64,000 bases of DNA from the human T2T-CHM13v2.0 reference genome, Homo sapiens, in NCBI RefSeq assembly GCF_009914755.1, contig NC_060926.1; one strand, 5' to 3'. This document shows positions 41,630 through 61,390 of the stretch, in pieces. Made by a program: the position numbers and the translations under genes. Numbering within the stretch: position 1 is the first letter of the stretch; the number at the start of each line of letters is the position of its first letter. The notes beneath the pieces are model-generated. The model made no database searches. It saw only the letters and a program-made list of their open reading frames with translations, and was not told where the DNA came from.

Positions 41630-44312
41630 AGAGTCTCAACTTAAAATTCAAAATCTCATCATCTAAATCTAAATAGAATTATCTCATCAGCTCAAAATCC
41701 ACAATCTCATCATTTAAATACTCCAAATAGAATATGGATGAGGTTCCCAGCTGTAATCTGCTAAACACAGCCCTTGAGTACAATTCTTCCTCACCTGTGG
41801 ACCTATGAAATTAAAGAAACTTCCTACCCCAACATTCTGCACATACAATGACAAGATGGGCACAGCATAATGCTCAAAAGGAAGTTGGGGGAATGGACAG
41901 TGAAAAGCAGTTACTGGTCCGTAACAGCTTTTATATCCTTCTGGACAAACTCCATTAGGTTTCAAGGCCTGGGAGAAAATTCTCTGTGGCTCTCAGCTCT
42001 GGTCATCCTTCCTTTTTTATACAAAGTAGCACGTTTGCATCCAAGTAGTTCTATTGCCTTGCTTCCCGCAAGTGGAATTCTGGGGGCCTTCTTTCATGGT
42101 GTACTTTCCCTGTCCCTGTCAGTATGAGCTGGGAATGTTCTGCTGACATAAACATCTCAAGAACCTCATAGTCCTTGTAAGTGTGTTTCACCAGTTTCAC
42201 TTCATTAGATAAAGTCACATGCACAATATTTTTGAGATAGTCCCTCCTCCACCTGGGCCTCCTGCTGAGATGGCAGCGGGCTTGGGGCCCTCTGTTGTGA
42301 CTATACCTCAATGTCTTGAAAGGGCCCTTTGATCGACTGACTTTTCTGACCTCTTGGTCTTTCTGGGGTCTTAGCAGAACATTATAGTGTCGACCTTTTC
42401 TCTGTGCTGTGGTTTCAGTGACCATCTCTGACTTTTAGCATCTTTTGACATCTGGAGAGGCTAAGAATTTTCAAAACCCTCCAGTCCTGGTTCCTTTTGG
42501 TTTAGCAGTTCTTGCCTCAGTTTATCTCTCTTCCTTCACATTTTGCTATAAGTAGCAAGATGAAACCAGGTAGCACCTCAAAGCGTTGCTTAGAAATCTC
42601 CTAAGCCACATGAAACTGCCTTTGCAAAATTATAACTGTAAGAGAAATCTGACATAGTTGACTCCATCTTGCTTCTGACCTCCAAGCTGTCCTTGGTCAT
42701 TCCTGGGGCTAAGCCAAGCTAACTTTGAGAAGAATTTAGTTTATAGTTTAATTTGAAAGCAAGGATAATAATAGCTCCTCCCGAAAACTAATCCCTTCCT
42801 TGCTCAGGGACTGAAAACCACCTTTGGTAAGACTAACGAAAGGCCACAAGAATAGGATTATGGGAGGGGACTAAATTCTGATAAGGTAGGCATAGTTTCT
42901 ATAATCCCTTACAGCTCAGGAGTCAGATGGCCAGAGGTCACAAGATTTGTGACTCTTCCAATTGCTCCTGTAGATAATGTCACTATTGTAGAACCTAAGA
43001 TCGTTTTTTTTTTTTTAGATTTTTCAGACTGACCCCACCTAGACTTGTGACTCATGACTCAAATGGCCCTGTGACCCCACCCAGAGGTGGACTCAGTGCA
43101 CGGGAACCATTTTCCACACCTCTATAATTTCATCCCCAACCAATCAGCTGCACTTATTCCCTAACCCCCTGTCCATCAATTGTCCATAAAATCCCCTGGC
43201 TTCTGAGCCTTCAGGGAGACCAATTTGAGTGAGAATGCCAGTTCTCCTGTGTGAGCTGGGCTTGGTCAATGAAAGTCTTTCTCTACTGCAACAGCACAGT
43301 CTCAGTAGATTGATTTTGTCTGTGCAGCAGGCAGGAAGAACCTGTCTGGTGATATGTGATTACACATATGTGCAAACAGGCCCCTGAAAGTTTGCTCCCT
43401 ACACAGCAGCTGGACACAATTTCTGCTGTGACGCCACCAGGACCTACCCCGTTTCCAGTGGCATACCCCCCACCTGGTGAGCTCTCAACCATGGAAGCCT
43501 TAAATTCTACATTTCTATGCACAGTCTATCCGAGGAAATAGAGGCTTTCCCTAAGGTAGTTTAAGTTTTTTAAATGAGGTTCCTCAAAATATTTCCAGGC
43601 CCCATCCACTGCCCAGTTCCAAAACTACCGGCATATTTTTAAATGTTTCTTACAGCAGCACCTCATTCCTGGAACCAAAATTCCTATTAGTGTTCTGTTG
43701 CCGTGCAACAAATTGCCACAAACCTCGTGGCTTAAAACAACACAAATATATGACCATGCCATGCCCATGGGTGAGGAGTCTGGCATGGCCCAACTTGGTT
43801 CTCTGCTGAAGGTCTCATGCTCAAGGTGTCGACTGGCCACAAGTTCTCTGAAGGCTCTGCAGAAGAATTTGCCTTCCAGCCCATTTAGGTTGTTGGCAAA
43901 ATTCCGTTTCTTGCAGTTGAATGACTGAGGCACTCATTTGCTTGTTGGGAGCCACTGTCGACTCCTGTAGGCCACTTGGCTGCTTCCCACAGGCCCTCTC
44001 ACAATACCGCAGCTTTCTCCTTCAGGGGTAGCCTCAGGATCTCTTGCATCAAATCCTTCCTAGGCTTTGAATCTTTGACTTCTCCTGTTTGTGACCTCTA
44101 GACCCAGATACAAAGGACTCCCATGATTTGGTCTGAACTTTCAAGGACATCACCCTTCCTTAATCAATAATCTCCCTTTCTTAAAGTGCTATATGGTTAA
44201 CACAGTCACAAGACTGATGGCCCATTATATTCACAGTCCCTCCCACCCTTGTGGGGAGGAATTACATAGGATGTGGGTTGTTGAGGGTTAGCTTAGAATT
44301 CTCCCTACCACA
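41630..44312 (-). mobile_element. MLT1-type MaLR internal remnant and LTR (LTR about 43687-44312), split by LTR8 (mirror about 56230-58912)
   Basis: GTGGCTTAAAACAACACAAAT...CATTATATTCACAGTCCC...CTACCACA resemble an MLT1 LTR; boundaries approximate. Confidence 0.55.
42611..43363 (+). mobile_element. LTR8-family solo LTR
   Basis: Begins TGAAACTGCCTTTGCAAAATTATAACTG, ends ...GATTACA. Confidence 0.8.
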
Positions 44313-44364
44313 GTCTCCTATGAGACAGATTCTGCTAACGCAGACACGAGATGCAGAAAAGTAA

Positions 44365-44885
<521 letters not shown>

Positions 44886-45049
44886 AATTGATGATTTCAA
44901 TGTACTGTGAAAAGAACCAGAATAAACACAGGCAAAAGAGTCTCAAGTTTACACATGGAACAATGGTGTATTTCTAACTTATCTACTTTTATCTACCCTT
45001 TAAAAAATACTTGATCTTTTTATACTCTCTGAACTGTTTCTTTTCTTTG

Positions 45050-46365
<1,316 letters not shown>

Positions 46366-47677
46366 TACTGGAAAAAAGTAATGTGTCCCTCCCCAATATA
46401 GCCAGAGGTGTAGAGGATGAGACTGAGAATTGTATAGGGAAGCTAGAGGGGGTGGGCAACGCAAGAAGTCTGAGGGTGGCCACAGAGGAGGCGCCCGGAG
46501 TGGGGTGCGGAGGTGTCACACAGGGTGGGTGACACTGGGCGGGGCCGAAACACACTAGGCGGGTGGGTGAGGACGAAGGTGGCCTGGCCCCAGGAAGCTG
46601 CAGGAACACTGTCTTCAGGGAGGTGAAAGGGGCTTTGGAGAGCTGGGGTGCTGGAATGCACTGCTAACCATCTGGGCTGTTCCTCAGGCATCCAGGGACC
46701 ACACCTCCCACACCATGTCACCTCACAATCATGCGCATTGTCAGTTTGCAGATGAGGAGCCTGAAGCCAAGGAAAACCCACCTCATGTGGGGAGCATGGG
46801 CATGGGGAGCATGGGCGTGGGCAGGCCTGCTGGCCACCTGCCCCTCTGTGTCCTGCTGCTGGTCCTAAGCACGACCCCTCTTGCCTGGCCCAAGCTGCTC
46901 CCAAGTGAGCGCAGAAGAAAGATATTGTTCAGTCTGGATACGGGACAGGGTTGCCACAGTCACAAGCTGGGTGGGCCTACAGAGTAGGAGGTTCCCAGTG
47001 ACAGCCTGTAGTGCGTGAGCAGAGGTGGGACTCCAGGCAGGCTGTGGGCACCCAGTGGGGCAAGTGCCCTGAAGCCTCACAGCCACCCCTGCACTCCCCC
47101 TCACAGACGAGGTGCCAGCATCACCCAGTGGCACAGTGACCTGCAGGCAGGTTCAGGGCAGCACTGGGCCTCAGCGGAAGGGCTCTGGTGACCAATGCCC
47201 TCACGGCCTCTCTCCACAGGCTCAAGGTGCCAAGGGGCTGTGCTCTCCCATGCCATGCCCTGCATGCCAGACCAGACAGCGCCTTCCTCTTCTCATTGCA
47301 TTCTCACCACCAGATGGTTTTTCCTCTGTCTGTTTTCCAGGAATAAGTTGCTCTGAGCTTGCCACGAGGTGGCAGTGTTAAACTGTTTTATAAGGGCCTA
47401 ATCAGCTTGTAGGCCCGGGACCTAAAATCACAGCCCCAAACCCTGGACTGGTACCTACTGTTCCCTCCATCAGCAGCCTCAGTTTACCTGTGGCTCCCGC
47501 ATCCCCTCCAAGCCATCCACACCACCCCAGACCCGCAGGAGCATCCTGTTTCTCCTCCTCCCCTCGGGAGGGAAAGTTCACTCTTTCTGGGAATCCCTTT
47601 AGCGCTCAGTGGGGACTTTCGAGTTCCCCCCTCTCTTCCTCTGTGGGTCCCCGGGTGTGCCAACCACCTTTCTCACT

Positions 47678-47761
47678 GTATTCATCAGTGTTCTCCAGAG
47701 GCAGAGAACTAATAGGAGATATATATATATCTCCTATATATATATATAAAATATATAAAAC

Positions 47762-47812
<51 letters not shown>

Positions 47813-48322
47813 GGAATTTATTGAGAATTGACTCCTTTATTAAGGAGAATTGACTCACGTGATCACAAGGTGAAGTCCCATGATAGGCCATCTGCAAGCT
47901 GAGGATCACGGAAGCCAGTAGTGGCTTAGTCTGAGTCCAAAAACCTCAAAAGTAGGGAAGCCAACAGTGCAGCCTTAAGTCTGTGGCCGAAGGCCCGAGA
48001 ACCCCTGGCAAACCACTGGTGTAGGTCCGAGAGTCCAAAAGCTGAAGAACTAGGAGCCTGATATGCAAGAGCGTGAAGCATTCAGCACGGAAGAAGGATG
48101 AAGGCCAGGAGACCCAGCAAGTCAGCTTCTTCCACCTTCTTCTGCCTGCTTTTTCTAGCCACACTGGCAGCCTACTGGATGGTGCTCACCCACATTACAG
48201 GTGGGTCTTCCTCTCCCAGTCCACTGACTCAAATGTTAATCTCTGCTGGCAACACCCAGAAACAGCCAGAAACAATACTTTGCATCCTTCAATCCAATCA
48301 AGTTGACACTTAATATTAACCA
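47678..48322 (-). mobile_element. MLT2 (ERVL) LTR containing (TA)n
   Basis: TGTATTCATCAGTGTTCTCCAGAGG...CAATCAAGTTGACACTTAATATTAACCA. Confidence 0.82.
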
Positions 48323-49739
48323 CTAACCACCACACTCACCTTCCCCGCTGCTCTGCAAGCACTGTTGGGGCAGAGGCCACGTCTCACTTGTGTTGCTGAC
48401 GGCATGGGCAGTGGGAGATGTTGCTCTCTGAGGCCTCTGTGACTGCCTCCTCCTCCCCAGCCATGGTGATGAGGCTGGAGGAAGGCAGTGACTGCCATTC
48501 CAGAGAGATGTTGTTGCAGGATCAGGAAGAACAGAGGGGCAGGGTTGAGAGGCGCCATCTCACACTGCGCACCCCTGTGCAGGGCCTCCCGTCTGAGACT
48601 GAGGTTGGTGTCACATGGTCCCCTGATGCCTTCAGATCATCTACAGGGGCACAGACTATGTTCCATTCTATGTTGAGAGTGAGGGGTGCCGCTACCCTGC
48701 CTGCATGCTGTCTGAGAGAGGAAAGTGCTCTTATTCTTTGGACATAGTTCCAGAGGACTCGGGTCACTGGTGTTGAAGGCAAAGCATCCCTTCCCTGTCT
48801 CAGCTATATTTGAAGAAACCTTCAGTGCCTGCCTTGACAGAGCAGGTTCCAGTAAGTGGCAGGTGAAGACACCTGGAGAAGTGAGGCTGTCCACTCCTGC
48901 TGGCATCAGATGTGCTGGTGCTACAGGGATGGTGACAACAGATGGCTGTCCTACCACATGACCAGGAGGGGAACACAGCTCCTTATGCTACCTACAACGC
49001 AACACATCTAGATCCAAACAAGAACCCGCCTCCTCCTCAGTGCCGAGGGTCCACCTCCAAAGTGGTGCCTGAATGAACTTAGCAAACCTCACAGCACTTG
49101 ACGGGAGACCGGCCCACCCTGTAGGGCCTAGGCTCCTCTGAGGGTCCCGTGACCACTCCAGCAGGGCCTTCTCACACGCTGCTGGGGAGTGTAGGGTGGA
49201 TGCTGTGGAGGGCAACACGGCGCATCTCGTACAGCTGACCATGTGATTCCTCCTGCTAGAGAAACATCCTAGGTGAACATTCAGACTCCACCTAGCAACC
49301 TTGTCACTGCCCTGCTTGTAAGACTGGAAAAAAGCAAAAACATCCATCAAGGAGCAGCGGAGAAATAAGTGGTGAGGTGCCCAGAGAAGGGAACGCTGTA
49401 GAGCATTTTCATAGAATGAACTAGGCCTGTGAATGGCAACAGCGTTGGCCCGGAAGGTGGGATGTTGAGTGGAAAATGCCAGCAGTAGAATGAAGCAACC
49501 ATACCAAATATAGAATAAATGCTATATATAGTTCAGGGACCATGTATTTGCAGCAAAAGTTCAAAAATATGGGCAGGAGGAAGATACAGTAACTTCAGGG
49601 TGGATACTGTGCAGGGAGGGAGAGAATAGGCCAGAGGATGGTGACAAAGGGGTCTGTAACTGTATGTGAGAGGCTTTGCTGTGTTAAAAAATGTATACAA
49701 TATGTAATATATGTTTACATGTAAATATATTTATATCTA

Positions 49740-50803
<1,064 letters not shown>

Positions 50804-52220
50804 TAGATATAAATATATTTACATGTAAACATATATTACATATTGTATACATTTTTTAACACAGCAAAGCCTCTCACATACAGTTACAGACCCCTTTGTC
50901 ACCATCCTCTGGCCTATTCTCTCCCTCCCTGCACAGTATCCACCCTGAAGTTACTGTATCTTCCTCCTGCCCATATTTTTGAACTTTTGCTGCAAATACA
51001 TGGTCCCTGAACTATATATAGCATTTATTCTATATTTGGTATGGTTGCTTCATTCTACTGCTGGCATTTTCCACTCAACATCCCACCTTCCGGGCCAACG
51101 CTGTTGCCATTCACAGGCCTAGTTCATTCTATGAAAATGCTCTACAGCGTTCCCTTCTCTGGGCACCTCACCACTTATTTCTCCGCTGCTCCTTGATGGA
51201 TGTTTTTGCTTTTTTCCAGTCTTACAAGCAGGGCAGTGACAAGGTTGCTAGGTGGAGTCTGAATGTTCACCTAGGATGTTTCTCTAGCAGGAGGAATCAC
51301 ATGGTCAGCTGTACGAGATGCGCCGTGTTGCCCTCCACAGCATCCACCCTACACTCCCCAGCAGCGTGTGAGAAGGCCCTGCTGGAGTGGTCACGGGACC
51401 CTCAGAGGAGCCTAGGCCCTACAGGGTGGGCCGGTCTCCCGTCAAGTGCTGTGAGGTTTGCTAAGTTCATTCAGGCACCACTTTGGAGGTGGACCCTCGG
51501 CACTGAGGAGGAGGCGGGTTCTTGTTTGGATCTAGATGTGTTGCGTTGTAGGTAGCATAAGGAGCTGTGTTCCCCTCCTGGTCATGTGGTAGGACAGCCA
51601 TCTGTTGTCACCATCCCTGTAGCACCAGCACATCTGATGCCAGCAGGAGTGGACAGCCTCACTTCTCCAGGTGTCTTCACCTGCCACTTACTGGAACCTG
51701 CTCTGTCAAGGCAGGCACTGAAGGTTTCTTCAAATATAGCTGAGACAGGGAAGGGATGCTTTGCCTTCAACACCAGTGACCCGAGTCCTCTGGAACTATG
51801 TCCAAAGAATAAGAGCACTTTCCTCTCTCAGACAGCATGCAGGCAGGGTAGCGGCACCCCTCACTCTCAACATAGAATGGAACATAGTCTGTGCCCCTGT
51901 AGATGATCTGAAGGCATCAGGGGACCATGTGACACCAACCTCAGTCTCAGACGGGAGGCCCTGCACAGGGGTGCGCAGTGTGAGATGGCGCCTCTCAACC
52001 CTGCCCCTCTGTTCTTCCTGATCCTGCAACAACATCTCTCTGGAATGGCAGTCACTGCCTTCCTCCAGCCTCATCACCATGGCTGGGGAGGAGGAGGCAG
52101 TCACAGAGGCCTCAGAGAGCAACATCTCCCACTGCCCATGCCGTCAGCAACACAAGTGAGACGTGGCCTCTGCCCCAACAGTGCTTGCAGAGCAGCGGGG
52201 AAGGTGAGTGTGGTGGTTAG

Positions 52221-52729
52221 TGGTTAATATTAAGTGTCAACTTGATTGGATTGAAGGATGCAAAGTATTGTTTCTGGCTGTTTCTGGGTGTTGCCAGCAG
52301 AGATTAACATTTGAGTCAGTGGACTGGGAGAGGAAGACCCACCTGTAATGTGGGTGAGCACCATCCAGTAGGCTGCCAGTGTGGCTAGAAAAAGCAGGCA
52401 GAAGAAGGTGGAAGAAGCTGACTTGCTGGGTCTCCTGGCCTTCATCCTTCTTCCGTGCTGAATGCTTCACGCTCTTGCATATCAGGCTCCTAGTTCTTCA
52501 GCTTTTGGACTCTCGGACCTACACCAGTGGTTTGCCAGGGGTTCTCGGGCCTTCGGCCACAGACTTAAGGCTGCACTGTTGGCTTCCCTACTTTTGAGGT
52601 TTTTGGACTCAGACTAAGCCACTACTGGCTTCCGTGATCCTCAGCTTGCAGATGGCCTATCATGGGACTTCACCTTGTGATCACGTGAGTCAATTCTCCT
52701 TAATAAAGGAGTCAATTCTCAATAAATTC

Positions 52730-52781
<52 letters not shown>

Positions 52782-52865
52782 GTTTTATATATTTTATATA
52801 TATATATAGGAGATATATATATATCTCCTATTAGTTCTCTGCCTCTGGAGAACACTGATGAATAC
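52221..52865 (+). mobile_element. MLT2 LTR with (TA)n, mirror copy
   Basis: Mirror of 47678-48322. Confidence 0.82.
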
Positions 52866-54177
52866 AGTGAGAAAGGTGGTTGGCACACCCGGGGACCCAC
52901 AGAGGAAGAGAGGGGGGAACTCGAAAGTCCCCACTGAGCGCTAAAGGGATTCCCAGAAAGAGTGAACTTTCCCTCCCGAGGGGAGGAGGAGAAACAGGAT
53001 GCTCCTGCGGGTCTGGGGTGGTGTGGATGGCTTGGAGGGGATGCGGGAGCCACAGGTAAACTGAGGCTGCTGATGGAGGGAACAGTAGGTACCAGTCCAG
53101 GGTTTGGGGCTGTGATTTTAGGTCCCGGGCCTACAAGCTGATTAGGCCCTTATAAAACAGTTTAACACTGCCACCTCGTGGCAAGCTCAGAGCAACTTAT
53201 TCCTGGAAAACAGACAGAGGAAAAACCATCTGGTGGTGAGAATGCAATGAGAAGAGGAAGGCGCTGTCTGGTCTGGCATGCAGGGCATGGCATGGGAGAG
53301 CACAGCCCCTTGGCACCTTGAGCCTGTGGAGAGAGGCCGTGAGGGCATTGGTCACCAGAGCCCTTCCGCTGAGGCCCAGTGCTGCCCTGAACCTGCCTGC
53401 AGGTCACTGTGCCACTGGGTGATGCTGGCACCTCGTCTGTGAGGGGGAGTGCAGGGGTGGCTGTGAGGCTTCAGGGCACTTGCCCCACTGGGTGCCCACA
53501 GCCTGCCTGGAGTCCCACCTCTGCTCACGCACTACAGGCTGTCACTGGGAACCTCCTACTCTGTAGGCCCACCCAGCTTGTGACTGTGGCAACCCTGTCC
53601 CGTATCCAGACTGAACAATATCTTTCTTCTGCGCTCACTTGGGAGCAGCTTGGGCCAGGCAAGAGGGGTCGTGCTTAGGACCAGCAGCAGGACACAGAGG
53701 GGCAGGTGGCCAGCAGGCCTGCCCACGCCCATGCTCCCCATGCCCATGCTCCCCACATGAGGTGGGTTTTCCTTGGCTTCAGGCTCCTCATCTGCAAACT
53801 GACAATGCGCATGATTGTGAGGTGACATGGTGTGGGAGGTGTGGTCCCTGGATGCCTGAGGAACAGCCCAGATGGTTAGCAGTGCATTCCAGCACCCCAG
53901 CTCTCCAAAGCCCCTTTCACCTCCCTGAAGACAGTGTTCCTGCAGCTTCCTGGGGCCAGGCCACCTTCGTCCTCACCCACCCGCCTAGTGTGTTTCGGCC
54001 CCGCCCAGTGTCACCCACCCTGTGTGACACCTCCGCACCCCACTCCGGGCGCCTCCTCTGTGGCCACCCTCAGACTTCTTGCGTTGCCCACCCCCTCTAG
54101 CTTCCCTATACAATTCTCAGTCTCATCCTCTACACCTCTGGCTATATTGGGGAGGGACACATTACTTTTTTCCAGTA

Positions 54178-55493
<1,316 letters not shown>

Positions 55494-55835
55494 CAAAGAA
55501 AAGAAACAGTTCAGAGAGTATAAAAAGATCAAGTATTTTTTAAAGGGTAGATAAAAGTAGATAAGTTAGAAATACACCATTGTTCCATGTGTAAACTTGA
55601 GACTCTTTTGCCTGTGTTTATTCTGGTTCTTTTCACAGTACATTGAAATCATCAATTGGTCAGGTGCAGTGGTTCACTCCTGTAATCCCAGCACTTTAGG
55701 AGGCCGAGGTAGGTGGATCACATGAGGTCAGGAGTTCAAGACCAGCCTTGAACCCAGGACCCAGGAAGCAGAGGTTGCAGTGAGCCGAGATTGCACCATT
55801 GCACCCCAGTCTGGGCTACAAGAGTGAAACTATTA

Positions 55836-56177
<342 letters not shown>

Positions 56178-57178
56178 TTACTTTTCTGCATCTCGTGTCT
56201 GCGTTAGCAGAATCTGTCTCATAGGAGACTGTGGTAGGGAGAATTCTAAGCTAACCCTCAACAACCCACATCCTATGTAATTCCTCCCCACAAGGGTGGG
56301 AGGGACTGTGAATATAATGGGCCATCAGTCTTGTGACTGTGTTAACCATATAGCACTTTAAGAAAGGGAGATTATTGATTAAGGAAGGGTGATGTCCTTG
56401 AAAGTTCAGACCAAATCATGGGAGTCCTTTGTATCTGGGTCTAGAGGTCACAAACAGGAGAAGTCAAAGATTCAAAGCCTAGGAAGGATTTGATGCAAGA
56501 GATCCTGAGGCTACCCCTGAAGGAGAAAGCTGCGGTATTGTGAGAGGGCCTGTGGGAAGCAGCCAAGTGGCCTACAGGAGTCGACAGTGGCTCCCAACAA
56601 GCAAATGAGTGCCTCAGTCATTCAACTGCAAGAAACGGAATTTTGCCAACAACCTAAATGGGCTGGAAGGCAAATTCTTCTGCAGAGCCTTCAGAGAACT
56701 TGTGGCCAGTCGACACCTTGAGCATGAGACCTTCAGCAGAGAACCAAGTTGGGCCATGCCAGACTCCTCACCCATGGGCATGGCATGGTCATATATTTGT
56801 GTTGTTTTAAGCCACGAGGTTTGTGGCAATTTGTTGCACGGCAACAGAACACTAATAGGAATTTTGGTTCCAGGAATGAGGTGCTGCTGTAAGAAACATT
56901 TAAAAATATGCCGGTAGTTTTGGAACTGGGCAGTGGATGGGGCCTGGAAATATTTTGAGGAACCTCATTTAAAAAACTTAAACTACCTTAGGGAAAGCCT
57001 CTATTTCCTCGGATAGACTGTGCATAGAAATGTAGAATTTAAGGCTTCCATGGTTGAGAGCTCACCAGGTGGGGGGTATGCCACTGGAAACGGGGTAGGT
57101 CCTGGTGGCGTCACAGCAGAAATTGTGTCCAGCTGCTGTGTAGGGAGCAAACTTTCAGGGGCCTGTTTGCACATATGT

Positions 57179-57931
57179 GTAATCACATATCACCAGACAG
57201 GTTCTTCCTGCCTGCTGCACAGACAAAATCAATCTACTGAGACTGTGCTGTTGCAGTAGAGAAAGACTTTCATTGACCAAGCCCAGCTCACACAGGAGAA
57301 CTGGCATTCTCACTCAAATTGGTCTCCCTGAAGGCTCAGAAGCCAGGGGATTTTATGGACAATTGATGGACAGGGGGTTAGGGAATAAGTGCAGCTGATT
57401 GGTTGGGGATGAAATTATAGAGGTGTGGAAAATGGTTCCCGTGCACTGAGTCCACCTCTGGGTGGGGTCACAGGGCCATTTGAGTCATGAGTCACAAGTC
57501 TAGGTGGGGTCAGTCTGAAAAATCTAAAAAAAAAAAAACGATCTTAGGTTCTACAATAGTGACATTATCTACAGGAGCAATTGGAAGAGTCACAAATCTT
57601 GTGACCTCTGGCCATCTGACTCCTGAGCTGTAAGGGATTATAGAAACTATGCCTACCTTATCAGAATTTAGTCCCCTCCCATAATCCTATTCTTGTGGCC
57701 TTTCGTTAGTCTTACCAAAGGTGGTTTTCAGTCCCTGAGCAAGGAAGGGATTAGTTTTCGGGAGGAGCTATTATTATCCTTGCTTTCAAATTAAACTATA
57801 AACTAAATTCTTCTCAAAGTTAGCTTGGCTTAGCCCCAGGAATGACCAAGGACAGCTTGGAGGTCAGAAGCAAGATGGAGTCAACTATGTCAGATTTCTC
57901 TTACAGTTATAATTTTGCAAAGGCAGTTTCA
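57179..57931 (-). mobile_element. LTR8-family solo LTR, mirror copy
   Basis: Mirror of 42611-43363. Confidence 0.8.
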
Positions 57932-58920
57932 TGTGGCTTAGGAGATTTCTAAGCAACGCTTTGAGGTGCTACCTGGTTTCATCTTGCTACTTATAGCAAA
58001 ATGTGAAGGAAGAGAGATAAACTGAGGCAAGAACTGCTAAACCAAAAGGAACCAGGACTGGAGGGTTTTGAAAATTCTTAGCCTCTCCAGATGTCAAAAG
58101 ATGCTAAAAGTCAGAGATGGTCACTGAAACCACAGCACAGAGAAAAGGTCGACACTATAATGTTCTGCTAAGACCCCAGAAAGACCAAGAGGTCAGAAAA
58201 GTCAGTCGATCAAAGGGCCCTTTCAAGACATTGAGGTATAGTCACAACAGAGGGCCCCAAGCCCGCTGCCATCTCAGCAGGAGGCCCAGGTGGAGGAGGG
58301 ACTATCTCAAAAATATTGTGCATGTGACTTTATCTAATGAAGTGAAACTGGTGAAACACACTTACAAGGACTATGAGGTTCTTGAGATGTTTATGTCAGC
58401 AGAACATTCCCAGCTCATACTGACAGGGACAGGGAAAGTACACCATGAAAGAAGGCCCCCAGAATTCCACTTGCGGGAAGCAAGGCAATAGAACTACTTG
58501 GATGCAAACGTGCTACTTTGTATAAAAAAGGAAGGATGACCAGAGCTGAGAGCCACAGAGAATTTTCTCCCAGGCCTTGAAACCTAATGGAGTTTGTCCA
58601 GAAGGATATAAAAGCTGTTACGGACCAGTAACTGCTTTTCACTGTCCATTCCCCCAACTTCCTTTTGAGCATTATGCTGTGCCCATCTTGTCATTGTATG
58701 TGCAGAATGTTGGGGTAGGAAGTTTCTTTAATTTCATAGGTCCACAGGTGAGGAAGAATTGTACTCAAGGGCTGTGTTTAGCAGATTACAGCTGGGAACC
58801 TCATCCATATTCTATTTGGAGTATTTAAATGATGAGATTGTGGATTTTGAGCTGATGAGATAATTCTATTTAGATTTAGATGATGAGATTTTGAATTTTA
58901 AGTTGAGACTCTAATGAGAT

Positions 58921-60164
<1,244 letters not shown>

Positions 60165-60589
60165 GGATGAGGCTCTTGGTAACCTTGAGGTATGCTGAAT
60201 GCATTTTGGGGATTGGGAGGGACATGCGTCACTGGAGGCCGGAGGTTGGGCTGTGTTAGGTAGAATTCTAAGATGACTCGCTGCCACTCAGCTGTTGTCT
60301 ATGACCCTCCTGTTGAGTGTGGAGGGACCTGTGACTGAGATGGCACAGCCCTCTCGTGACTGTTGTATGCTGGAGTTTAAGAAAAGGATATTGTATTGTC
60401 CCTAGTGGGCCTGACCTAATCCCTTGAGCCGGCGTCCTTATGGAGGAGTGGGTTGAACTCGGAAAGCAAGCTGGAAATGCTTGATGACGTGATGTAAGCA
60501 CTTGCCCTCTCATCATTACTGTATATTTCTGGGCTTGGGCCATAGTTGCCTTCATGTCTCCCCTGCACAGTGGACTTCCTGGAGGGAGG

Positions 60590-61390
60590 GGCCCTGTGAT
60601 GCTCTGGGGGTTTCCAGCGACCCCTGCCTCCTACCGACCTGGGCTCCCCGCACCCGCCGCGCGAGATCCAGTCCCAGCATCCTGATGGACGCAGGCGTTT
60701 TCCTGGAGCCCCGCGGTTGGCCACGCGCCGCGCTCTCCGCCCCGTCGGGGACGCCCAGGCCACCGGCCTGATGAGGGAAGCAGGGGCAGAGCGCTCAGGC
60801 CAGGGCCGGCGGGGGCACTGCGCACTGGCCGCCTCCCTCCTCTGGCCAATCCTCCTGCCGCTGCGCGTCTAGTCCACCTCGTCCCTCTCTGCAGGTGAGC
60901 GGGCAGGGGTGGCCCAGACAGAGCGAGGAGCAGAGGTCGCCTGCCTCTCGTGGCCGTCCCCCTCCGCCCGATGAGGACACCCGCCAGGAGGGCCCAGCCA
61001 GGCCAGGTCTGGCTCTCCGGGCCCTGGGAGGAAGGCGCCTTTGGAAGGAGGGGAGAGGGCGGGGCGCTCCCCCGCTGGCTCTGCCGGGTTGGATCTCAGG
61101 CCTCTACAGTCCAGCGCCCCACACACCCTCATTTCCAGGATGGGGAAATGCTACTGCAGACGGGATTGTGCGCGGACTGTCTCTCGTTCGCTTCAGTCTG
61201 GGAGAACACTGGGCCGGGAAGGGAGGGCACTGCCGCTTAGGGGCCGCGCAGTGGAGCAGTACATCCCTTCTGTAGCAGGCAGCTTCTGCGCCATCACAAA
61301 CGGCATTGAGGCCTGGGAAAAGTCGGGCCCAGTGCTCACCCCGTAGCCCCACGGGCCGTCGCCCCTGACAGGGGGCCATGGGCTGTGTGC
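60590..61390 (+). promoter_or_regulatory. CpG island / probable promoter of PRSS40 (right copy)
   Basis: Mirror of 39150-39950. Confidence 0.75.
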
